A stretch of 64,000 nucleotides of DNA, from positions 94,667-158,666 of the forward strand of contig MNCI01000808.1 in NCBI GenBank assembly GCA_015680685.1, in the 5' to 3' direction. This stretch comes from Gnetum montanum. Lineage: Eukaryota; Plantae; Gnetophyta. How positions within the stretch are numbered: the first letter of the stretch is position 1; each line of letters starts with the position of its first letter. Shown here in pieces: positions 25,901 to 37,900 of the stretch. The notes beneath the pieces are model-generated. The model was not told where the DNA came from, did no database searches, and saw only the letters and a program-made list of their open reading frames with translations. The position numbers and the translations under genes were made by a program.

Positions 25901-28900
25901 CGTACTCTAGGGTGTCCAACTTGAGAAAACAAATCTAAGGATGGAAACAAAGCAATCATGAAGCCCTTGATGTAGCCTTGGGTAGGTATTGCTCTCTTTT
26001 GCATTGATGCCTAGGCCACAGTTTTTCTCAAAGGGAATAGCTTTGCCACATGATAGATGGGCCTAAAAACAAAACCAACGAAAATCTTGGGGTTTATGCC
26101 CAAAGGAGATTATTAGAGATGAGGGCCCATCAGATCCAAAGACTCATTGATCAAGTGGCTAAAAATGAAGGAGAACTCAAAAAGAGAGAAAGCACAGAAG
26201 AGTACAACAGAGACCCCTCTATTTGCAAAAGGGAGGAATGCTTTTGTAATTCTAAGGAGGAAGCACCATTGGACAAAGTGGTACAAAGGAAAACCTTGTC
26301 GATCCAAACATCTATTATAGAAATATCGGCCAAGGTGGACAAAATGTGGGACTCCTTGGATGAGAAGTTCCAAACTACTTTAAAGATTGTGGACAAGAAT
26401 ATGGGGTAGGGAAATTGAGATAGGGATAGAAGAAGGAGAAAGGATACATGCAAGAACTATTATCAGCAAAAAGGTAAGGTTGCAGCAGCTGATGAGGTTG
26501 TAGATTTTGAAATAGATGAAGAAGAATGTAACATATGCCAATATGAACATCCTGAAGGATGTTTTTCTATACTATCACACTTAACAAGAATTTGGGATGT
26601 ATACTTTAAGTCTGAAGTCTGCAAAAAGGCAACCACCTAGGAGATTGCGTTATCCACAAGGTAAGTATTGGTAGCAATTACATCAACCATAGTATTATCC
26701 AAGTGGAGCACCACCTTAACCTCAAGACCATTATCATCAATGGAAATACCCACATTTGTAGGGGATGCTACCACCAAGGTGGCCATACCCTTATCGTCAA
26801 TTGGATCTGTATGGTAATTATGTCCAACAACCTATATCTTCTTGTAGCTCTGCAAACCACACTTACTTCTCCCATCACTATTATCCCCTTGAATATCACA
26901 AAATGCCTAGTTCATGAGCTGAATCTCCTTCCACTTATCCTCCTCATTATCCACCATCTCATCTTGCACCTTCCAATTCCACTCCTTTGCCACTTGCATT
27001 GCCCATGCAAGGTAAAATTCCACCACAACTTCAACAATGCAATGCAACAAGGGCCATGGACTTATAGTTGGATTACAATTTGAATGGCTCTGAGTGTAAG
27101 CTTAAGAAAAGGACTTTATTTAAACCTAACAATTGACTTAAATCCTCACAGACATCTGTGGTTGCTCATCCTTCACAAACTACTTCAGAAATTATCAACG
27201 AGCTGTCTTCAAAGAAAATGTTCCAAAATGTGCATATTGGTCATGTTAACTCATGCAGTTACCAATTGGATTAAAGCATGTCATCATCTCAGGAAAATAT
27301 CTGATCCTAGAAGTCCTCTACTCTACTTCCATTTGTAGGAAATGATTCATATAAAGCTCTACTAGGCTCAGGTTTCTGTTTGAACTTAATTTTTCAAGAA
27401 ATGTACAAAACTTAGAACCTGCCTCTACTAAAAAAATGTAACATTTGATTACAGCTTGTTGATTAATCCATCATTGTTTCCTTGTGATTGGTGGAGGATA
27501 TTGTGACCACCGTTTGTGGGTGGTCATATCTAGTGGATTTCTTGATAATCCATGTGAACAACTGTAAGTGGGACTTTCATATTATCTTGGGAAGGGCTTG
27601 GCTCAACATAATTGATGCCAAGCTAGGAATTAGAGACCTTTCTTTGGAAATCTCTAAGGAAAATGATTTTGGAAAAATAGAGAAGAAGAGGGTTCCATGG
27701 ATCATGTATAGCGACACAGGGTGTCATTGTGTGCAAAAAATATGGGCTATAAAAAACACCTCCATCACAGTATGCAAAAAGTGTGTTGAAACGTTAGATG
27801 TTCAAAGGTGCCTATACGTAGCAATCACAAAATAGGAAGGTATCCAATGGTTGACCACAGATGATAGCTCCAATTCAACAGTGTGCATGAAACTAGTTGA
27901 GCTTTTCACAAGTACTTATATAGGTAAGATGGATGAAATGCAGCAAATTCAGACCCAACTCTTTCACACAGAAGTAGATATAGATTGGGGAGAGTTGGAA
28001 ATCCTTGAGAACTTTAAACAAGAATCCCTTGAATTCAAATCTTTACTAGCAACTCTAAAGTATGTATTTCTTAATAATGGCAAGTTGGTAATTATTAATG
28101 CAAATCTCACTAAAGAACAAAAGGAAGGTTGCTAAAAGTTGTGAACAAATGACCAACAACATTTGCTTAGTCATGTCATGAATTGATTGGAATAGATCCA
28201 TGCATATGGCAACATCGGATCTATACGGACAAAGTGATTGCCTCGAACCTGCACCGCAAAGCACCAACAAAGAAACCCTCAACAAACTCACAAGCTAGGG
28301 GGCGAAAATTCAGCGTGCCCTCCCCAACCCCCACAAGGACACATTGGTTCCAAAAAGAAAAGGGAACACCGTGAATGCAAACCAAGCCCAGAACCAACCC
28401 AACAGAGAAAATAGACCAAGCAACAAACTAGCCGACTGAACCTAAGAGACGAGACACGAGTTCTATCAGAGCCACTACATATACATAGGCAGGGTGTGAC
28501 ATTTGCGACTCTGCCTCTTGAGGATGTGCAGAATGTCAAGCGTGTTCTTGTGTAATTCAGAATCCATGAAACTTGTGGCCTACTAGAAACCTTGAAGTGC
28601 AGCCTCCCTTCGAGCCCACTCCTTAGTTGACCCACATTCGTTCGAATGGAAGTGCACGGAAGTTCGGTGAATATGTTGCCAAAGCGCTATCCACGTGGCC
28701 TCATGATTTATCCCCAGAGTAACGTGTGGGCACTATTCTTCCTCTAGCCATTGTTGCATGCTCTGCTTGTGTGCCCTATCCGATTGGTGTTGTTGCTACA
28801 CCTCCTTCACCTGCTCTCGAGCCCGTTGTATGTGCTCTGTTTGTTCCCTTTTCCTTTGATTGATGTCCTCCTGCTTTAGCTTGGCTTGGACTTGGTCGTG

Positions 28901-31900
28901 CAGCTCATCCACCATCCTTGCTCGAGAGGTCTTTGCCTATAGGGCCTGCTACCTGATGAGCTCCTGCTCCCGCTTGCGGAATTGTGACTCTAGGTCGGCT
29001 TGCACCTGTTGGAAGGCCTCCTCCCAATGGGCCTCTCAAGCTCGTCACTCTTTAGCTTTGGCCTTAGTTGTTGCCTCCTCAACAACCTTGGCCAGCTTTG
29101 TAGTGAGCACCAAAGCCCCACCTGAACCCGTATCGGCTGGATTTGCCCCTACCATGGCCATTGGCATTGGAGTTGGTGCCCCTTGCAGCTTGACCTGCTT
29201 CCTGGAATACACCATTGCAGCTTTTGTGGTTGCCCCTAACCTAGAAGGTGCAAGGATATCTTTCACTGGCTGCCTAGTAGCCAAACCCCACCAAAGGGCT
29301 AGGATGAGCCCGGAATGTCATCCCCTCTTCCGCTACCACAAGACTTCGAGAAAGAATCAGGGCAAGTTGATCCTTCGCCCAAGTTGCATGCATTTCAAGA
29401 AGGCAAAGTGCATGCCTTGCAACTTGGAGGCATTGCTAGATTGGATGAAAAATCTACCTACTAGCTTAGCAGCCCGTCTCCAAATCAATGGTAGGCCAAA
29501 CTTGGGCACCTGTCTGCTCTTTGTACGTGGTATCACTCTAGCAGGGAAAAATTGTTCAGCATCCTAGAGCCCTCTAGCAGAAGAGAGAATAATTTCTCCA
29601 GTTGTCGGGGCCTCCAAGTAAGCAGCCAGTGCCATCTTTGTCAGCGTGATCTCAATCCCCCTAAACTCCATCTTGTCAGCTCGCTAGTTGGAGAAGAAAG
29701 TGTTGTCAGGGAGAGCTAGGTTGTCCTCTAAATGCGGTAGCAACTCTACCTAGCCAGATTGTTCAACTAGACACTAGAGCTCCATGTGTGTGCAAAACAC
29801 CATGTAGGCTGGCTCATACATTGGCGTGATCCCCATGGCCACGACAATTTCCATTCACACCTTCTCCATTCGAGTGACAACATGCACAGGGTTAGGGACA
29901 CGTTGTTGTCGGAAGATTTTATTGTTTCTTATCTTCCATGCCTCCCATAAAAGTAGCGTGGCCTTTGAATCTCTCGTCAGCGGTGCTAAGGCATGCCACC
30001 CCACCTCCTGTCGCGTGTCCTGCATGTAGGGGCGTTGAAACATGAAGTGAAGTACGATCTCGGGCCCACTACTGCACATGGGATAATTAATGTCGATGTT
30101 GAGGTTGCACCTTTGTAATAATGCCTGTACGGGTAGGGCATTACTCTCAATCAGCCAGAGGAACACTTTGATTTTCTTTGGTAGTCTCCCCTGCCAAACT
30201 TGCTTCTAGCCAGAGACCGGCGGGTATATCGATTTGATGAGTTGGCACAGTGTCTTCCCCATCCATCCCTGTGTTAGCATGCGCTAGGCATGCATGCAAA
30301 GTGTCTTTCAGGGCCTACAATCATGCACCTTCATTTGTTGCCTATCATATTTCCATCGCATGATGTGAATCCACTGTGCAGTCCCATCTCCCTATTGGGT
30401 CAATTGTAACATTAGTTATTGTTGTTCCATAAGAAGCTCGTCTTTAAATTTGAAAATGCCTAGGCCCCCTGCTTCTCGAGGGTGGGCAATCCTGTCCCAT
30501 CCAACAAGATGCAAATTACTCCCCCCTTTATCCCTTGACCATACAAAGTTTCAGATTAGCTTATTGATATTTTGGTTTACGGTTAGCGACCGGGGGGGGG
30601 GTGGGTTAGCAATGGCAGCCACAAAACATGCCATCATCGCAAGTACCCAACATGCTAGCACCAGTCTCCCTTTCTTGGAGAGAAAGTAGTTAGCCCAATG
30701 GCCTACTTGCTCCTTAATTTTTTGAAGGACCGTAGTCCAAGAAGTGCACTACCCCTAGGCAAACAATGGGATCCCAAGGTATGAGTCCTAGGGTGACCCT
30801 GGGAGAAACCCCAGCACTTGCGTGATCCAACTCCTTATCTGCACGTCCACATTAAGGAACTAGGCCAAGGACTTCTCTTGATTAATTGCCTAGCCAATCT
30901 CCCCCGCCAAAGATTCCAGTGACTTGTTAATTTTGCATGCTAGGGGCACCCCAACCTAGCTGAGAAGCATCATGTCATCAGCGTAATGCTCCACTAGGCA
31001 CTCCACCCCTGCAACTTCCAGCCCTTGCACTCTCGCAGCCTTGAAATAGTATTTTAGCAGGTCTATGGTGATAATAAATAGCAACGGCGAAAGGGGGTTC
31101 CCTTATCTTAAACCTCGATTGGGGGAAGCAAAACCCCCATAGTTTACCCCCCACATCAAAGGAGAAAGTGTCCAACTCTTGCATTTGGATGCATAGGTGC
31201 ACAAAGGTAGGATCAAAGCCCTTTTGCAGCATAATGGTAGCGAGCACCTTCCAACTGATCATATCATACGCCTTCATAATGTCTAGTTTAAGAAATAGTC
31301 TCTGGAAATTCGAGATTCGCAAGGAGTGCATAATTTCCTACATAGGTATCACCTGGTCCTACAAGAATTGCCCCAGAACAGACTCCGTTTGGTGCTCACT
31401 CACGACCTTTGACATGATGGGGACTAGCCAACGGACGATCATCTTAGAGAAGATTTTGATCAACACATTACAGACCCCAATGGGCCTGAAATGAGTAAGG
31501 GAAGAGGCATTGGCCCACTTGGGGATGCAAACGATTCTCAAGCAGTTAATCTCTTGACGCACTTGGCGTTTAGCCAACATCAGGTTGAAAGCATTGAGAA
31601 CATTGGGCCCCACAATATCAATATACTCCTTAAAGAAATCAATGTTCCAACCATCCAGCCCTGGCGCTTTACCCCCAACATGGATCCAATGGTGACTTTT
31701 AACTCTTGTAGGGTGAATGGGCCCATCAACTGAGCGTTGTGCTCTTCATCCAACACCTGCGGGACATGCACAAAGATCGGCGACATAGGTTGCTTTGTCC
31801 AAATCATGCCCCAATAGTTAGCCAACAACTGAGCCACCATTTTAGGATCATCCATGAGGGATTCATTCAACCATCATATGAAGGGGGTGTTGGTTCAATC

Positions 31901-34900
31901 CTTGAGACTTGGTTGTCACAAAGAAAAATCTCGTTTGCTGGTCGCCCTCCTAGAGCCATTTGATTTACGACCTCTGTTGCTAGTAAGTTTCCTCTTTGAG
32001 GTCTAGTGCCTGCAATTGTTTTAGAACCCCTACTTCATTGTCTTGTAGGTCCTCTCCCATCTTTTTCCCTGCTTGGATTGTTTGCAACTGGACTGGAGGT
32101 CCCTGCAAGCAAATTGAAATGAAAATTTATTTTGCACAACTTGTGATCAGATAGTCCACTTCAGGCAGAGGAGGCCATCCCGCAAAAAGTTCTTGGGGTC
32201 CCTCCAATATCCTCGGTAGTCTACCCAAATTTCTTCCACCAAGGGGTGTAGCCATGAAACTTCAAACCTGAATGGTTGACACAATCATTTCCAAGGAGTC
32301 CCCAGACAGCAAATGATCAACCAGTGATCCGAAGCTTGCTGCTCTTTATTGGAAACTTGCACATCCAATCGTATCAGAAGCTTCGAGTTGGCCCAAACCC
32401 GATCGATCCTAGAGAGGACTCATTTGCCCCCCTATGTTCATTACTCCATGTAAATTGACAATTTGCGATTTCCCAGTCAACCAGCAAGTGCAACACTAAA
32501 AAGTTTTGAAATTCCTGACCCCTTGGGGGGCTGGTATAGTCAATGCTCAACTTTTCCTAGGGGTAAAGCCATTGGTTGAAATCATCCACAATGAGCCAAG
32601 CCCGTTGATTTGGGATCAGTGTTGCCACTTGCTCTAGCTCCTGCAACTAGAGTTCCTAGGCTTGGGCCTCGTAGAAGTTTATCAACCAAAGGCTTCGGGA
32701 TGGCACATAGACAATAATGCTCCATTGCAATGAATTGATCATCGAAACCTTAGGACGTGCCAGGATGGCCAGACCCCCCACATGTGCCTGACATAGTCTC
32801 GGGTGTAGATTCCAACCCACCCATCATGGGTGGAATGTTTTAGAAGCCTACATCTTAGTTTCCTGCAAGCAGACAATGTCACATTCCTCACTTCGCACAA
32901 TCTCCTGTAGGGTATTTCTTTTATAGGGTGTACCTCATCCCCTATAGTTCCATGAAAGGATCTTCATGCATGATTGGCAGATTGTCGTTGGTAGACCTCT
33001 TTCAGGGTCTGTTGTATACCCAAGTTGATATGCCTCCTTGTTTGCTTGTCCTAGGATAGCAGACTGGACGGGTAGGCTGGCTTGCCACCCCCCCTCCCCC
33101 CCCTCCCTGTGGCGAGATTGGAAAACTACTAAAATCTTCCAAAGGCGGATGAGTTGAAATTGGCATCCATGGCTTGGAACTCCCCCAAACCACATTAACC
33201 CAATCGCCCAGTGGGGGGAGCTCATCCCTTGATTTAGTGGTTGTGACAAAAGATGGGGTAGCGGGCGATGGGCTATGCGCTCCCCCATGCACCACTTGGG
33301 GCACATGAGGACTAGTAGGTGAAGCCAGCAACCACCCTTGTTGCCCCACCAAACCCTATCCCCTGCCTTGAGGGTTTGCCTTCGGGTGACGTGCAGGAGC
33401 CTTGGCCTTGCATCGTCTAGGACCTCGAAACCGACACTTGCCCTCATGGTGGTCATTTTTCCCACACAGGGAGCACCCCTTCTTGGCCGGCTCGATTATC
33501 TCCACTAGCTGCTCCTCCTCCAAGTTCTCAAATTCTGCCTAGAGTCGTTTGTCACCCCTCGGCAATTTGAGCACCACCTCCTTGACCAAGTCCTTGGATG
33601 ACTAGGCCCACCAAACATAGAATCAAGCGAAGCCCATGCACTCCATTGACAATGTAAATTTATCAAAGGAGATAAACTCCTTGAAAAAACTAGCTATCTT
33701 CTGCAAAAACTCCAGATTCCACATTTTCCGGGGAATCCCAGAAATGCGCACCCAAATCAGTGCACAAGAGAATAGGTCTAGCTCTTGGTGGGCCCCCCAT
33801 TGCCAATATGGAATTGCTAGCCCCCTGGCACTATAGAACCATGGCCCACCCTGAAGGACTACATCCCAGTCCTCGAGGCTCTTGAAGATGGACAATAGCA
33901 GGTTGTTTGACAAACTATGCACCTCTACCTCCGTAATCTTCTAGACCTCCATAGTTGACTTGCGGATGAGGTCTAGCCTAGGCTGGGCCCCAAATGAAAC
34001 AAAATGCCCAATCAGGCTACACTCCATGGTCCAAACCCCCGTGTTAGGAGGTTGATTAACTTGTAACCTCATCACACCGTCTTGGTAGGAGCACATCTCA
34101 ATACCCCCATTCGCAAAACCAAAACCACCGCAGCACCTATGTCCCCCGTTGAGCCTTTGCTAGCCTAGGGATCCCCCCCAATGCTACCACGCATAGCCTC
34201 CCCCATGCCAGCTTTGGCCCCCGCACCATCCCTAGCTTTGGCTTCCGTGCTTACCATCTCCAGAACTGTCTCTAATGATGTTACTTTCATGCATGTTACT
34301 TTCAAGTACTTAGGAAATTAATATTTTATTTTGTCACAATGTGAGTACAACCACTTTGAGCATAATATATTAATGCTTAGTAATTCCAGTAGTGAATACT
34401 TGGTATGCCTAGCAGTAGACACTTGGTAATCCAACAGTGTTAATACACATTTAGGATGTGTATGGAAAGTGGGAACGGATGCTCCATGTTTAGGATAATT
34501 TAGTTAATTAATTAATTAATTTAAATATTAAACCTTCCTTTATTTAATCATTTTGTAGACAAAGAAAATGAAAAATTATAAAAATAAATATCTTACACCT
34601 CAGTCATACTTAACCATACAAAAAAGTTAACACAAGTGATGATTGGGAAGACAACAACTAGTAACCATATCTTTCACCATCTAAGAATATAGGCCATGGA
34701 ATTTGACTAGATAGATCATGCATACATGCTAGTGATTCGTATGGTTGGGCATAGGGAATATTTGCTGCTCATCAGTTATCCTCCTAGCCAAGGATCTGTT
34801 GAGTAGGAATCATTATGGGGTTGGAATTTCCCCTCTCCAAAATTTCATTCCAAAACTTTTGCATCACTTGAGCTATATTCTTAGTCATGGATAACTTGGT

Positions 34901-37900
34901 CCTCATCCTTCACAGTGTATGACTTTGGTCTCTCTAGTAGAGTTGGTAGCTTCCTCCTTTAGCCATCTAATCCTTGATCTTTCTCTCCAATAGGTTCCCT
35001 CTTCCATTGATATTTGGTGATACTCCTCTTGGAGGGTATGCTCCTCCTCATACAAATCTTGCCCTTGCTTTTGCAGTTCTTGTACATGTTGTAGCTTCCT
35101 CAACAACTCGTCTTTTAGATATTTGAATGAGTACTTGTCATGCTTAGCAATGTTCCTTATGCCTTTCCTTAATAACTGCAAACCATGTTTAAGAAGATCT
35201 CGTGGTTCCTTACGATTGGGGTAGGGTTTCCAAATATCTGCCAGAAGCTTTCTTGGCCATTCCTTCTTGAGCTAGGTCATCTCAAACCGAAAAGGCTGGG
35301 GAGTAGTATTAGTAGTATCCTGAAAAGTGTAGAACAATGCCCTGTGATCTAAAGCCCTTTGCTCTAGGGCTATGACAGAAAAATATTTGTTGATAACCAA
35401 TGAGGAACTAACCTAGACCCAGTATATTTTGGACATTACCATATCTGTTTCTTTCCTCCTTTTACTTCAAGTGTATTGGCATTCCTATATATCCAAGTCA
35501 ACCAAACCAAAGTCATTAAGAAATTTCAGGAAATCTTAGCTTCCTTGTGGCTCTATGCATTCGCCTCCAAGCTTCTCCTACTCATACAATCTCTGATTAA
35601 AATCCCCAATCAAAATACAAGCATTATGATTAGGGATTCTGGCAGTAAGCTGATATAGTTCATGAAGATGATCAGTCCAACTTTGAGGGCCATAAAAATT
35701 CTTAAGCCAGAGGCCATGGACTAGTAAACAGATCATGATGTTCCAGCTTGAGCTCTAAATAAGCTCTGCTTGTATCTTGGATAGGGTTGCTAGCCTTGGC
35801 CAACCTCTAAATTTCACAAAGTAAGATGTCCACCCCTCCCATCGCAGAAAATCCCATTGGGTAGCCTGCAACTTTGTCTCTTGAAGGCAAACAATAGCAC
35901 AATTCCTCCACTTCACTAACTTCTTTAGGGTATTTCTTTTGTACAATGTGCCCTGCCCTTTGCAATTCCAAGAAAGAATCTTCATGGTCTATTGGTAGAT
36001 AATTTTTGTAGACCTCTTTCAAGGTCCTCTAAACGCCTGAATCCAGCTCTTGCTTTGTTTTCTTGAGTCGAAGATTCTGAGAAATTGGTCTAACAAGCTT
36101 TTTGGTTTCAGGGCAAACTTTGAAACCTTCATTGTTCTCCTTCAGGATCTGCCTTTTCATTGGCTCTAGCAATGGGGTGGAAGAGCCCTGTGAAGGTATT
36201 ATCCATCATCCCAAGGGAGGGAGCTTCTTGTCTAGGGGAGGAAGCTCCTTGTCTACCAACACCTCAATCTTTCGACTTTCCCCTTTCTTTGGGATGAGCA
36301 CCCTTTGACCTTCTTGTTGGACACCGTGACCAATGGAGGTGTCTTATCCCTCACTTGTTGGGAGGGCTCCACGAAGTTGTGCAAAGGAAAAAAATTGTTC
36401 TTTGACTTTATCGAAAATCCCCTAGCTAAATCCCTAATCTTCAAGTTCTTTGGATCCTTGACCAATGTAATGTTCTTGAGTGACATTGGCAGCATGATTA
36501 GCATTGTTAAACCCTTTTGGCTTTTGTGGCCTAGGAGTAGCTTTACCATTCTTTCCCATAATGTGCTGCTTTGATGGATTATATTTCTGATTTTGGGCCT
36601 CCTTTTGTATTTGGACCCTGCACTTCTTCACTTAGTGGTTCACCTTCCCACAAAAGTTGCCCTCAATGTCCTAAGTAGGGACCTTGGTTTTCCCTTCAAT
36701 GGGAGCTTTCTCATGCTACATAGTGAGGACTTCCTCCGTTGTGTTGAATGACCTTCAAATATAGAAACATGCAAAACTTATGTGTTCTCATAATGTTGTG
36801 AACTTATCAAATGTGATGAATTCGCCAAAGAACCCATCTAGGGTTGTGGGGAAGTTGTCTATCTAGAGCTCCTAGGGGAGTCTTGAAACCTTAATCCAAA
36901 TCAAAACCCTAGTGAACAAGGCAGGATCCTTATGGGCCCCTGAGTGCCAGTGTGTTAGGGCTAGGCCACAAGCGCCAACAAACCATGGGTCCCTTTGCAT
37001 GGTTTTTTCTTGATCCTCAACTGACTAGAAAACAAAGAACAATAAATCCCCAAGGAGGGAGCAAACCTCAACCTTGACAACACCCTAGGAGGAAGCAACT
37101 TACCACTTGATGAGGTCAATCCTTAGGCTAGCCCCTCATTTCCCAATTAGACTTTGTTGAAGGGTATCTAAGCCTGCTGGTCAAACCCTTGGATTCATCT
37201 GAATGTGGAACTTCCCTAACTCCAACTACGACGAGTCAATGCCTCTGTCCCTAGGGAGCCAACCTCCAAAACCTCCGAATCCCCCTAGTGGCTGCGATGA
37301 TGCTCCCCCTTAGCTCACAAGTGACCAAGAATGGTCCCATTGGAGCTTGTGCCAACTGTTCCTTGTGCATGCGAACCTCCAAAGCCATCACTTGTCTTGC
37401 ACACATTGCCCTTCTCAAATGTTCCATCTCCTGTGCTCTGCTTTGGCACATTGTCTTCCTTGTTGCTTGTTTTCCGCAGCCCTCCCTCTCTCAGCAGTCC
37501 ATTCCATCTGTGTAGCTCAGTCTCTCTAGTCAGTGCACCCTTCCCACCTTTTCCTAGTAGCCCACCTTGCACTTTGCCTTGCGCTCTGCTTGCTCCGCTT
37601 ATCTTTGATTCCTCCCTCTATGCCTTAGACTTCTAATTACTGCATCCTAAAGATCTTTAAGAATCTAGCTTTATGTAATTCACACATAGTACAATTTCAG
37701 AATTCTGCCTTTTCCATCGTTCTATTTTGATTTATCGATTCCATATCAAGTGGCTCAGCTTTTTAATCCCAAGCATGTTGTCAGGCCTTGAATTGGAATC
37801 TTAATGAAAGGGGCTGGAAATTATGATTCTAATGCGAAACTTTGCTAATGGTTAATGTTCTAAGAAATACAAATAACTAGAAACATTACATACCCAAAGA

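Larger units (their letters stand above)
23690..34774 (+). mobile_element. Athila-like Ty3/gypsy element copy 2, inserted in LINE B (TSD GTTA/GTTAT); RT-INT deleted and LINE A nested inside
   Basis: 5' LTR 23690-24538, PBS 24540-24558, gag [23 protein letters not shown], protease region DFLII...[14 protein letters not shown] linker, [11 protein letters not shown]; partial 3' LTR ends atca|gttat. Confidence 0.85.

Noticed and set aside
28860-29567. 235-aa + strand ORF
   Set aside because: Antisense shadow of the LINE A coiled-coil module; the conserved frame is on the - strand.
28235-29854. Idea that the J-domain module is an antisense ORF of the surrounding Athila element
   Set aside because: It is in frame with LINE ORF2, and two more copies lie outside any Athila, downstream of LINE RTs in the same orientation.
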